Part shown: one piece after another, positions 37,441 through 50,179 of the stretch | How positions within the stretch are numbered: position 1 is the stretch's first letter | How the letters are laid out: each line of letters opens with the position of its first letter | DNA from: the human T2T-CHM13v2.0 reference genome, Homo sapiens | Length of the DNA: 64,000 nt | Strand: one strand, 5' to 3' | Assembly (NCBI RefSeq): GCF_009914755.1 | Contig: NC_060932.1 | Position numbers and translations under genes: made by a program | Notes under the pieces: model-generated | The model's input: only the letters and a program-made list of their open reading frames with translations | Databases searched by the model: none | Told to the model about the DNA's origin: nothing

Positions 37441-38041
37441 TTGTTCTTAGGGGTAGAGCAGGGTTGTGAAGTGCACAGTGGCCTGGAAAGGTGGTGGTGG
37501 GTTTCAGTGCAGATTCAGGATGTGAGGACTGTGACACACATTTGAACACAATGACATTTGTGACCATGCCGCCTTCTGAGATTGCTCAGGTGGCTTTGCT
37601 GGCACAGCTGTGCCCTCTGCAGAGAAGCCTGCATGTCATCTGAACCTCAGCCCCTGTGTGCAGGGGAGAGGGAGAGAGCTGTGCTAAGTGTTTGGCGCCC
37701 ACTTATCCAATCCGCTCAGTGTGAAGGGCACGATTCAATAAAGCTCCTGTCACTTCTGCTTGTGGCTGTGCAGGAGCCAAAAAATTGATTTCAGGATCAG
37801 ACACCTTAATCAGGGCAGGAGTGAGGCATCTTCTCTGGCAGAGAGAAAATGGGGCTTGCATTGAATTTGGCCTAAAGACACCACACATGGCTGTCGTCTC
37901 TGGACATCACTGAGCCTGGGTGCTGCCGTGAAGGGTGGAGAGCAGCCTTCCTGGCCTGGACTGTGTTCCCCGCCCACCTGTGCAGGCGCCAGACAGTGGA
38001 GTCAGGCTGCAGCTCCTGGCTCCAGGAGAGGAGAGGTTTCT

Positions 38042-38274
38042 GTTAATGGACACAGGGAAATAATATGTGAGATAACAACAAAATACTAACAAGGAGGGCA
38101 GGGGAAGTTGCAGCTAATCTCAGATGATGGAATAGAGATGGACAGGTTGTAGCCTCCAAGGTCACACAATATCAGGGTGAGCACCAGAGGCAGGTGAGAG
38201 TGCTTGTGGTGGGCACGGTGTATAGGTGAGAGTGATGGGCATGGTGTGTAGGTGAGGGTGGTGGTGGTGGGCAC
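38042..38274 (+). repeat. Local duplication, copy 2 (233 bp)
   Basis: Matches 35191-35423. Confidence 0.97.
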
Positions 38275-39396
38275 GGTGTATAGGTAAGGGTGATGGGAAT
38301 TGTGTGTAGGGGAGGGTGGCGATGGGTGTATAGGTGAGGGTGATGGGAACTGTGTGTAGGGGAGGGTGGTGACGGGCATGGTGTATAGGTGAGGGTGATG
38401 GGAACTGTGTGTAGGGGAGGGTGGTGACGGGCATGGTGTATAGGTGAGGGTGATGGGAACTGTGTGTAGGGGAGGGTGGTGACGGGCATGGTGTATAGGT
38501 GAGGGTGATGGGAACTGTGTGTAGGGGAGGGTGGTGACGGGCATGGTGTATAGGTGAGGGTGATGGGAACTGTGTGTAGGGGAGGGTGGTGACGGGCATG
38601 GTGTATAGGTGAGGGTGATGGGAACTGTGTGTAGGGGAGGGTGGTGACGGGCATGGTGTATAGGTGAGGGTGATGGGAACTGTGTGTAGGGGAGGGTGGT
38701 GACGGGCATGGTGTATAGGTGAGGGTGATGGGAACTGTGTGTAGGGGAGGGTGGTGACGGGCATGGTGTATAGGTGAGGGTGATGGGAACTGTGTGTAGG
38801 GGAGGGTGGTGACGGGCATGGTGTATAGGTGAGGGTGATGGGAACTGTGTGTAGGGGAGGGTGGTGACGGGCATGGTGTATAGGTGAGGGTGATGGGAAC
38901 TGTGTGTAGGGGAGGGTGGTGACGGGCATGGTGTATAGGTGAGGGTGATGGGAACTGTGTGTAGGGGAGGGAGGTGATGGGCACAGTGTGTAGCTGAGAG
39001 TGATGGGCACAGTGTGTAGGTGAGGGTGATGGGAACTGTGTGTAGGGGAGGGTAGTGATGGGTGTATAGGTGAGGGTGATGGGAACTGTGTGTAGGGGAG
39101 GGTGGTGATGGGCACAGTGTGTAGGTGAGGGTGATGGGAACTGTGTGTAGGGGAGGGAGGTGATGGGCACAGTGTGTAGCTGAGAGTGATGGGCACAGTG
39201 TGTAGGTGAGGGTGATGGGAACTGTGTGTAGGGGAGGGTAGTGATGGGTGTATAGGTGAGGGTGATGGGAACTGTGTGTAGGGGACGGTGGTGATGGGCA
39301 CAGTGTGTAGGTGAGGGTGATGGGAACTGTGTGTAGGGGAGGGTGGTGATGGGAACTGTGTGTAGGGGAGGGAGGTGATGGGCACAGTGTATAGGT
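38192..39396. repeat. G-rich minisatellite (VNTR B): 11 identical 55-bp units, then a 186-bp higher-order repeat
   Basis: gacgggcat recurs every 55 bp from 38371 to 38921; tagctgagag at 38991 and 39177. Confidence 0.97.
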
Positions 39397-40379
39397 GTGC
39401 AGTCCCTCCGCGGCCAGCTGCCCTTCTGGTCACCACTTACAGGTGTGCCCTGCATCTACCTGGTTCCCACGTGGACGTCCCTATCTGAGACACCTTTTGG
39501 ACCAACTCTGGACAGACCCTCTCCAAAATCAAAGGTGCGCTGGGCTGCTAACCTGATCCAAGACGAGATCAATCTAGTGAGCTCAATTGATCACCAGGAT
39601 TGGAGAGGCAGCAGGATTGGAGAGGCAGCAGGATTGGAGTATAGGTTCCACCTCTTCACAAGAGCCCCTACCAGCACCCCTGTCCTGGGCCTCACGTACA
39701 CTCAAATGAGCAGCTGGGCTTGGTGACCTCTGAGCCACCTGAGTTTTCTGTCCATGTCTGTTGACACAGCACTGGGCTTTTGCCCTGCTCATTGGGCCAG
39801 GTCACGAATAGGGGCTGCCCTGGATTCTCTGTGCCTTGACCTGCTGCTAGCAAGCAGCTTTGTCTTTTGGTCAAGACCCAGCCTCAAGTGTCTGAGAGTC
39901 TGAGTCTGTGATTTTCTGGCTGGCACCCTTGGCAAGCCACTTCACTGCTCTGAGCTTTGGTTTTACCATCTGCAAAATGGAGTTATTGAACAGAACCTAC
40001 TCACAAACAACCCTTCAGGCTGGAAGTGGCTGCAGGGGGCTTGAGCCTGTGTGGTGGCCCCCACTGCTGTGTTCTTGTTGTGGAGACACCTGCGTCCCAG
40101 CCCTGGCCCCTCACAGGACGTGTGACCTAGGACAAACAGTCTATGCTCTCTGAGCCTCATTATAAAATCGGGGGAGTACAATCTGACCCATGCAACCTCC
40201 TTTCATGCCCAAATTCACCCCAGGTGTCAAGTGCCCATCATTGAAGGATCCTCGTCCAGGTTCTGTTGATACCACCGAGGTGGAGTGGGCCTGCACCTGC
40301 CTCACTCAGCACACGCCGTCCTGGGGGCGCACAGAGGTGCTGGCACGAGGCAGAGCGGGGAAGGGGCAGGAGATCCAAG

Positions 40380-41470
40380 GAGATCTGGGCAGAAGCAAGA
40401 CTGTGTGAGGAATGTCACCGCCAAGCAGTGCAGAAACCAGCAGGCTGTGTGGGTGCAGAAATAGACGAGAGACCAAGGAGAAAAGATAAGAAGTCCAAAT
40501 ACAGGCTCCTGTAAGCACGGGATTTATTCTATAATAGGAAATTTATCTTAGCTTACCAAGGACAGGATGAGGTACTCAATCTGTGTTCAGATGATCAGAA
40601 ACACATTTGCATTAAAACATTAATTTAAATGAGTATGTCACATCGTACTCAAAAATAAATTCCAGGTGAATTGAAAAACTACATATTTGGATGGGAAAAG
40701 CATAAAGATATAAAAAGAAAATATAGGTTAATACTCTTAAAATTTTGGATCTCAGAAAATCCTCTAAGAAAGGTGTGAATCCTACAAGATTTAAAGGAAA
40801 ATATTTAAATCTTTGAAGCCATAAGAAACATTTCTGTATGTGATCAAAAAACACCATAAGCAAGAGTAAAAAGACAGCAGCAGTTTAGAAAATCTATTTT
40901 ATGGGTAATTAAATAGAAAAGGTTAATACCCATAATATATAAAGAGCATTCAACAAGAAGAAAGGAAATTACACAAAGGTGTGGTCAGTTCTGGGCAGAA
41001 GAACCCAAACTCTCAATGTGAAATTAAAGCTGCGCGACATCAGCAGTAACCAGGGAAATGCAAGTTAAAGCGACGGGGAGGTTTGTATTTTATTTTACCC
41101 AATCATGTGGGAAACATAGCAGGTTGATACAATCAGTCCAGCGAGGGCACCGCCTACTCTCAGGGAGAACATGAATGAGCGCAGCCTCTCGAGAGGCGTT
41201 CACAGAATCTGTCCCAATGGAATCAGCCAGCAATTCCCATCCCAAAGAAGTGCCCGTGAGAGTGCCCAGCAAGGCACAAAAGGATGGTCGGCTCAGCAGG
41301 ACTGGTGAGAATCAGAAGCCATCTGAGTGCTCATCAGTAAAGGGACGTGACCCCCAGGCTCCCCGCGTCTTCAAGTAGTGGGCAGAGGGCTGAAGGAGAA
41401 GGCAGACCTATACCTGCTCACATGGCACAGCTCCAAGACCTAATATTACATTTTAAAAGTGATTAGCAGA
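40380..41470 (+). mobile_element. Decayed L1ME ORF2/3' fragments
   Basis: gaaatagacgaga, cacatcgtactcaaaaataaattccagg, cagtaaccagggaaatgcaagttaaa, cagcaattcccatccc. Confidence 0.7.
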
Positions 41471-41517
41471 AACAACCACTACACGTGTGCGTGAGCTTGT
41501 GAGAATGACATGTGTAG

Positions 41518-41942
<425 letters not shown>

Positions 41943-42429
41943 TGGCAAGGGCTCTCTAGGTGGGCGAGGGGCTGCCAGAGAAGGGTGTTCAATGGGAACA
42001 TTTCTATTTTTGTCTCTGTCTCCTTCTGTTCAGTCTAAACACTTTGCACTAAGAACAGGGGTGTGCTCTCCTTGTCTAGCAGAAAGCACAGGCAGAGAGC
42101 AAATCCCAGGGGAGAGGGAATGTAGAGTACCAGCCCAGTCTGGTGCAGACACTGTGAAACACTGGCCTGGCTCCTGCCCCCCACGGGCCTCGCTCAGGGT
42201 TTTTCTCCCCCAGGAAGGACCTGCTGGTGCTGCAACCCACGCTTGGGTCACCTTTGCCAGAACCGGGGTCATTTGCTTTGGGGGTCCTCAGGCCAGTGCT
42301 CAGAAGGCTGCTTGTTGTAGATGGAGGACAGCTCCTCAGGCTGGGAAATCTCTCAATGGGAACTGTGCTCAGAACAGAACAGAACTTCCCGGATACTTAG
42401 ATATTTGGGTGGTATTGATCTCCGCATCA

Positions 42430-42828
42430 GTGTCCTCGGGTTGAAAACAAACTACCACACACGCAGTGGCTTAAGAAAAACCCAGAAATGCCTTCCTCAC
42501 GGTTGTGAAGTTCACATGTCCGAATTCAAGGTGCTGGAGGGGGGCTCACTCCCTCCGAGGTTCCAAGAGAGAATCCTTCCTTGCCCCTTGCTGCTTTGGG
42601 GGCTCCAGGGGTTCCGTAGCTTGCAGCCACATCACGCCTGTCTCTGCCTCTGGGTCATATTGCCTCTGCCTCTTCTGCCTGTACCAGTGCCTTTCCCCTC
42701 ACTAGCTCCAGATGCTTAACATGATCACAAAGACCTTTTTCCAAATAAGGTAAGATTCACAGGTCCAGGAGTTTGACGTGGCTATCTTTTGGGGACCCAT
42801 CTTTGGGGGACCCATCTTTGGCCCACTA
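42430..42828 (-). mobile_element. MLT1B/C-like LTR
   Basis: aacaaactaccacacacgcagtggcttaagaaaacccagaaatg...cacaaagacctttttccaaataaggtaagattcacaggtccagg. Confidence 0.85.
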
Positions 42829-45789
42829 GTCTCCTTCTCTCCAGCCCTCCAAACTCTGATGGCCTTGAGGACACCCCACACGCCCTTCTCCCTCTGGCTC
42901 AATGAGCCACACAGAGATGGCCCATCAGCATGCTCGCCCCTCCATCATCCTCTGGAAGGGCAGAGCGCTGGACAGAAATGGCAAAGTGCACACCTTGAGG
43001 AGACCGGAGATTGGCCAGGAATATTTTGCTTCTCCAGGAAGCAGATGAGGCCGATGTCCCGCTCAGTCTTCAGAAGCTGGAGTGTGTGTCCAGCAGTTCT
43101 GCCCCGCCAGGCGGTGAAAGGCTGTGGCTGGGAGCAGAGGCTCCCTCAGCCTTCTCTGCACAGTGGCAACTGCAGTCCTTACTAAGCAGCATGGCTGAGT
43201 GGGGAATCAGGCCCAGGAAGGCCGCTGTCTGGTCCCGCCTCGGTGACAAGAGGAACATCACATAGTGTTTCATTCAGTAGGAGAGCCTGGAGGCACCGGG
43301 AGGTTGTTCCCACATCCAGGGCCCTGGCAGAAGAGCCCCTTCTTCAAATGCATCCCCCGGGTGCCTCTCCTGTGACTTGCCCAGGGGAGGGAGCACTCAA
43401 GGCTGTACTTGAGCGGGAAGGCTGAGGACTCCCGAGCATTTTCCCAGCAAACCTGCAGCCCGGAGCCTGAGAAACGAGAAGTGTCTGTGAGGCTGAACCA
43501 ACATCGGTAGGGGGTTAATGGCAAACAGGCTGCAGATCTTAACAAGGTCCCTGGACTTGCCTGATCGAGCTTGAGCCCAGACCTGTCTGGCAGAGCAATG
43601 TGGGCGCTATTGCTCTCTGCATTTGACTGCTGGAAAAGCAGGTGCAGATGATGAACTGGCTTGACTGAGGCAGTCAGTCCATCAGTCCGTGGCTGGGCCA
43701 AGTGAGGCACCCAGCCTCCTGACACCAGGGCTCAGCTGCCCTTGGGCTGAACATGGGGACTGTGCAGGCAACTCTGTGGTGCCATGGACAGGATCAGCAC
43801 CCTGCTCAGAGGCATGTGGGTGTGTCTCTGGGGCTTCAGCTCACTGCAGGGTGGTGGCTGCCCTGAACCCATTTGCACACCAGGGTGATGACCCTGGAGC
43901 TATGAGACGGATTTGCTGGCTGTCCCACTGCTGGGAGGAGCAGGGTCAGGACTAGAGCCCAGGCTGCCACCCCGCTTGTGGGACACCACACGGTGCTGGG
44001 CTTGGAGCAGGGGCAGGTCAGGGAGGGATGTGGGAGTGGAGGAAGCTTCACACAGAGGTGGAAGTACTGAGGCCAGGGAGGGTGTGTGCCCCGTGCACCT
44101 GTGCTGGGCCAGGCTGGGCTGGTCCTTATCCCTACAAACTCAGCTTTGCCACCTGAGCTTTTCCTGAGTGCAGCCTGAGAGCCCCCGGACTGGGGAGAGC
44201 CCTCAGCTGCCTCTCAGACCAGCCCAACCTCATCCCAACACTGCCCATCCTCTCTGCACAGTGGCCCCCACAACCACATGGCTGTGGCTCCCCACCCCTT
44301 CTCTAAACCCTGCAGCACAGGCCTCAGGTGGAGGGAAGGAAAGCAAACAGCTGGCAAGAATCCACGCTTCCTTTGAACCAGATGCTTTCTAACTGGCAGA
44401 TGATGTCATTCCCCAGGCCTCTCATCATCCCCATCTCATAACTGTAGCAATGGAGGCCCAGGAGGGAAGAGCCACCAGCCAGCACACAGCAGGAGTAGGA
44501 CATGGGCTCTGCCGCATAGGGGCCTCTCCCCTTCTCCTCCTGTCCCTCTCATCCCTCTTCTCCCCTTCTCCTCCTGTCCCTCCTGTCCCTCTTGTCCCCT
44601 TGCCATGGGATGGTCTCAGATACAGTCTTCTGGCCATCACAGGTTGAAAGGGGACAGAGCTGGAAGGTCCCAGCCATCCCTTGCCACGTGGCTCGGGCGA
44701 GTCTCCTCCCCTCTCTGGGTGTGCTCTGGATCTCTCCTGAGTCCCTGAGCCTAGCACGGTGCCTGGACTTGCCCAGGGCTCTTGCATATAACTGTGGGGC
44801 AGGGCATCAGCAGGGCAGGGCATCAGGCCCCTCTCCACCTGTGCTCCCAGAGCTGCTGCGATGTCCTGGATCGGAGAGAGGTCTCATGGTCACTGCAGTT
44901 ACAGGTGCAGGGGAAAAAGAGAGGTAATGAGCCCTGTTTGGCAAAATGCCTGCTGGCTCTGAAGCTGTGCTGGGGCCACCTGCACTGGTTCTCAATTGTT
45001 TTCTGTCTTGCTTCTTGTTTTTTTTACCAGCCTGAGATATACTAATTGGTCAAAAGTGAAAAGAGAGGAAAAGAAATCTCAGTTCAGCAAAGAAAATCCA
45101 CACCTGTGGCAGGCCCCTCCCACCCCCTTCCAGGGAGGAGAACTGTCTAAGCCAGGGCAGCAGCCCAGCCTCCACCCCTTGCCCAGGCTCAGCCCCTCTT
45201 CTCCCCTCCCCCAGTGTGTGGGGGGGTCAGCCCCAGATATTGCCACAGGGACCTCCACCCAGTGCTCCCCACCCATCAGTGCCTGGCCTTCTCCTTGCTC
45301 CCCACGGGGCTCCCGTGATGCCTCTACGTCTCCCCCAGGACAGCCACTCCCCCTCCTTGCTGGGCATCATGGAGTGGATACGTTGAACCCTGCTTCATCC
45401 TCACAAGCAGATGGGGAGCCTGGCAGTCGCTTGTACTGGCTCCCTTTGAAAAATGAGTGGTCCAGACTGTGCCTACTCCTGTGCTGCTGGCTGCCCTGGA
45501 CACTGGCCTCTGAGACTTCCAGCATCATGGCATCAGGCTTGGCCAAGCAGCTGCCTTCATGCAGCCTGGCTGTCACTCTGCCTGCTGACCTGAGCTCACA
45601 ACATGACAGCAACAGAGACATGGGCTGCTCCCTGAGCCCTGACCAGGGGCCGGGAGCCACGCTGAGGACTCCGGGGGGCTTTCTTTATTCCCAGGTCCTT
45701 CCGCAATGCTGTGAGGCTGGTGTCTTTACATTTCACACAACTGTTTAGGAACTGTAAACTCTAAGTCAGATGGCTGGCTGATGATGAAC

Positions 45790-46512
45790 AGCTGTTGAGC
45801 ATCAGTATTCATTTTCTCCCAACCTTTGGGGCTTAACACCACAAGCATTTCTGACCTCACATCGTTTCTGAGATCAGGAGTTGAGAAGTGGCTCTGCTGG
45901 TTAGGACTAAGGGAAGGCCCCTTGTGAGGCTGCAGTTACACTGTCAGCCAGGGCTGCCATCATCTGAAGGCTCGACTGGGGCTGGAGGAGGCTGCAGTTA
46001 CATTCTCAGCCAGGGCTGCCATCATCTGAAGGCTCGACTGGGGCTGGAGGAGGCTGCAGTTACACTCTCAGCCAGGGCTGCCATCATCCAAAGGCTTGAC
46101 TGGGGCTGGAAGAGGCTGCAGGTACACTCTCAGCTGGGGCTGCCATCATCTTAAGGCTTGACTGGGGCTGGAGGGTCTGCCTGCTTCTGAGATGGCTCAT
46201 TCATGTGGCTGTGGGCAGGAGGCTGCAGCTTCTCAGCACATGGGCCTCCCCACAGAGGTGCCCAAGTGTGCTTACAACACAGCCACCAGCTTCCCCCAGA
46301 GCCCTCAATCAAAGAAAGAGAGAGGGAAAGAAGAGGAAGAGGCCACAGGGCTTCTTATGTCCTAGGCTCTAACACTGCAATCCCTACTTCTGCTTTATTC
46401 CACGTCTTAGAAATGAGCGCTTCAGTCCAGCTCCCACTCAAAGACAGGGGAATGAGGGTCCACCCTTTGAAGGGTAAAGTATCAAACAGTGTGTAGACAT
46501 TTAAAACCCACC
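45790..46512 (-). mobile_element. MLT1 (E/F-like) LTR containing a 62-bp x4 tandem amplification
   Basis: ggcttaacaccacaagcattt...gtttctgagatcaggag...gatggctcattcatgtggctg...gacatttaaaacccacca. Confidence 0.8.
45927..46174. repeat. 62-bp tandem repeat, 4 copies
   Basis: aggctgcagttacact(g/c)tcagccagggctgccatcatctgaaggctcgactggggctggagg at 45927, 45989, 46051, 46113. Confidence 0.97.
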
Positions 46513-49500
46513 AAGGGCCAGAGGCAGGATCAGGCCTGATGCCCTGTGGGCATGCTTTCCTCTCCACCTGAGCTCACCAGCTCCAGATGATCACTGTCTG
46601 TCACCCCTGCTGCCCCCTACATGCTTACACAGGTGCCTGTCCCTTTGTAGGGCATCCAACAAGCCCCTCGCTGGCCCTGCTCCTCGTGGGTCCTGCCCCT
46701 CAGCTCCCCACTTCCAATTGGGCCCCAGGGCACCTTGCAGTGGGGTCTCCTCTGCCATGCTGCTCTCTCCTGCTGCGCTGCCTGGAATGAGTCTGGAAGT
46801 GGCAGGGAGAGACCCTGGCTACCAAGATCAGGGCATTGTGGGCACCTGCAAGGTGCTGGAAGAGCAGAGTAGGAGGTGGGCTCCCCCAGGTGAGCGAGAA
46901 GGCCACTGGAAGGCAGACTATGCATCCGTGAGTAAAGATCAACAGCTCCCTAAGGAGGGGAAGGGTCCTGGTGCAGGGAGTGGTCCCTGCAGATGCTGGG
47001 CTGGGGAAGAGGGAGAGCAGAGTCCAGCCATGTCCACAGCGGCTTCCACCCCAGCTCTTTCCATCCTTGTCCTCCTGCCATCGGGAGGCCACTGGGCCAT
47101 GCAGGGAGAAGGCCAGGGGTGAGTGGGCAGCCTTAGAGGTGATCCTCCCAGCTGTAGGATAATGTGTGGAGTTCAGGCTGTCAAGCTGACATCTTCCATT
47201 AAGGCTGCAGTACATTTTTAATACATTCCATTTTTCTTTAATTTCAGATCATATTGAGTCTAGTAGACTCTCCCTTTATGACTGAGTTGTGCATCATTAA
47301 CTGTTAGAACGGTCTTGGCAAAGCACGGGGGCCTCGTTAACCCTTCCAGTGACTCCTCCCTGGGAATCCAGGCTCTGTGGTTTGGTTTAAAGACAAGAGA
47401 CGTGAAATTGCCTCTCCAGACCACAAAGTAAAGGCTGGATCACGACATTCACCCTCTTGTCCCCTCCCCCTGCATGCCCTCCATCTCCCTGGGGGACCTG
47501 GGCTGGGAGATGGTGACGAGGCTCTACCCCTAAATAGGGAGCCCTCACCTCATGTCCTGTCACTTCTCTGTTCTGGTCCAGACCCCCCGCCTCCTCTAAC
47601 AAGGGTCTTAGTGGACTGAACAGGTCCAACCACCTCCCCAACCCTGTATCTCAAATCAGAAGGTCTCAACAGTTTCCACTGGATCTAACCCTGAGTTAAG
47701 CCCCATGGAAGAAACAAGGAAATGGGCCTTCTGTTCACAGAGACATCAGGATTTTAGTGGGAAAACACTTGACCCAGAGCAAGCCTGGACCACGCACACT
47801 AAGTGTAGTCAGGGCTGGGAGAAAATTGGGCTTGCCATGGGCTGCTACAGGCACAACAGGCTTCCTGGACGAGGGGGACCTGTGGACCTCATTCTGTTCT
47901 GCCCTGTGTGCTTTCTGGTCAGTCTTATTTGTCCAAATTGGCCGTAGTGCTCGTTAACAGTGGATCTTCTTTCTAGTATTTCCTTGGAACAAAGGAAGGA
48001 ATAAGTAATGAATGAAGAGAAGGAAGAAGCAGGAGGGAGGGAGGAAGCTGAGCACCCACTGTAACATCCCTGCCCTGGGGGCTCTGGGAAATGGGAGGAA
48101 GCGAAATGGTATCTGTTTCTTCCCTGCTATGGGAATGTCCATGTCCCAACTAGACCTGAAGCAAGCTCCTTGCTGGCTCCCTTGCCGCCCTCAGCCTGTC
48201 TTCTCCCTTCAAACTGGTTGCCAGATGCATCTCTCTACAGCCGCCCTCTCTCAGAGGGGTTCTTTGATAGGTGGCTTCAGCATGAGCTCAGAGCTGGGTA
48301 GAAATGCAGGCTCTAGAGCGGCACCCCAGACCTGCAGAAAGATGGCTGGCACGCAGCTTACCTTTCGAGAAGTTCTGCTCTCTGGGACACCAACAGATGC
48401 CGCTGAGTCCTAAGATAAAACCCCTGAGTGGGTCCCTGTCCTCTCCAGGATGAGGGCTGCAGGCCCTCTGCTGAGGGCTAGGGCCCAGCCAGCAGCCGTG
48501 CCCCTGGCTACCTGGCTCGGCTGAGTGCCACCTTCTAGGGGCAGCTCACGCTTTGGGGGTGGGGAGGTGCCCACTATGCCTTGTCTCTGGCATAGGTGCC
48601 CACTATGCCACTGTCTCTGCCCAGAGCCCTCCCTGGCCGCCCACGGAAATGTCTTGCCCACCTCAGGACCCTCCCAAGCCTCCCACTGGGCTCATCACAT
48701 CCTGTGTCCTGCCCCGCCTGTGGCTGTGACCATACTACAGACCCCTCAGCACAGCAGACACCTCTCCAAGTGGGTGCCATGTTAGGTTCAGCTTGGCCCC
48801 AGCCCTGTGTGAGCCTGGAGCATGGCAGATATGCAGGGAAGAGCTCCTGAGCAAGGCATGGGTGACTGGATGGACATGTTCCATCTCAGGTAGCTGCTGA
48901 TCTGATGGTGAGATGCAGCCCCACCCTGGAGGTTGCTGTCCTGTGAAAAGGCACAGCCTGGCCTTCAGGAGCCCATCATTCAGTTAAGGATGAACAACGT
49001 TACGCATGAAAGTGACTGAGAACATTGCCTGAGACCCAGGAGCACCAGTTCGGATGAATGCAGTGCACCCAAGGTTGAAATTAGGGAAAAAAAATGCATT
49101 AACCTGGTGGCTTAAATTAAATCACAGCCACATCTCTTTCTAAATTAAGTTCCTCATTCACATTGTTCCTTGTCACATTGATGGAGCTGCTGCTACTGAC
49201 GGCACTGTTTTTTTCTCCCTCCCCATGAATTGAGATGGGGCTGAAAAATAAAAGGGCCTGCCCACTTCCCCTGGGAGGCACTGTGCATGGTGCAAGGACC
49301 ACGCGCCCCGGGCAGGTGCCTTTCCTGCAGTTCTGGGCTTTCCATACACCAGTTACAGAAAGGAGCAAGTTCAAACCTGGGATACAAATGGCCCTTTCTA
49401 AACCTGAAATCCCTGTTTTCAGGGCTCTCAGTGACCCAAACATCTGCCAAAAAGACTCCCCTAATTGTTAGCTGGGTATGGCGGTCTCACTGCACACTTG

Positions 49501-50179
49501 AAACCCTTCTCCCACCCCCATTTTTCTACAGAGCCAAGTGTTCTATCCTTGATGTGGCAAGAAAGACCCCCCGCCCACCTCTTCTCTGCCTCACTCCTGG
49601 CCCACGGCCGGACCTCCTTACACTGTCTTCCTGCAGTGCCGGAGTGTTTGCTGAGGCCTGGATGCTTCCTGTCGGCCTCAGTGACACTGAGCCTCTGCTG
49701 GAACCTGCTCCGGGAAGCTCTCAATGTGCCCTGATTATCTGTTTCCTATCAGCTTCCACTGATAACGAGAACCTCTCAAAGGCCGGCCCCTGTTTGCACT
49801 GCCCGGTCGTCAGCCGTAGGAAGATGTTCGGTTCGTCCGCTCCTGAGTCTAGAGGCTGCTGTTCCAGCCTTTCGGTGCCTTATGGAGAGGCTCCAGACGC
49901 ATTGTGGCCAAGCACTTTGGTCCTGGGCTCCGAGATAGTGGCTTCAAATCCCGACTTGGCCGTTTGCTGTCTGTGTGACTTTGGTCACTCACTGAGATCT
50001 GTGCCTGGTTTATCATTCTTAGATGAGGACAGAGAACTGTGCCAGCCCATAGGGTCACTGTGAGAGCTCAGTGAGACAACACATAGAAAGTGCTCTCCGA
50101 GGTGACAGGCAAGGACCCACCCATTGGGCAAATGCGGACGTGGGCCCTGCAGGATTCTGGGGCTGGTCACGCAGCAGGG

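Noticed and set aside
35191-39396. Leader + array arrangement reminiscent of two CRISPR loci
   Set aside because: The arrays are head-to-tail minisatellites with no unique spacers.
35235-39455. Long Pro/His/Thr-rich ORFs (up to 427 aa), mucin- or extensin-like
   Set aside because: Open in several frames because the C/A-rich strand lacks stops; the 55-bp unit is not a multiple of 3; no signal peptide or splice structure.
44996-45748. 250-aa ORF; similarly 7451-8110, 15930-16637, 19102-19821 and 49287-50063
   Set aside because: No recognisable domain, composition typical of chance ORFs in GC-rich DNA, and some overlap LTR or MIR remnants.
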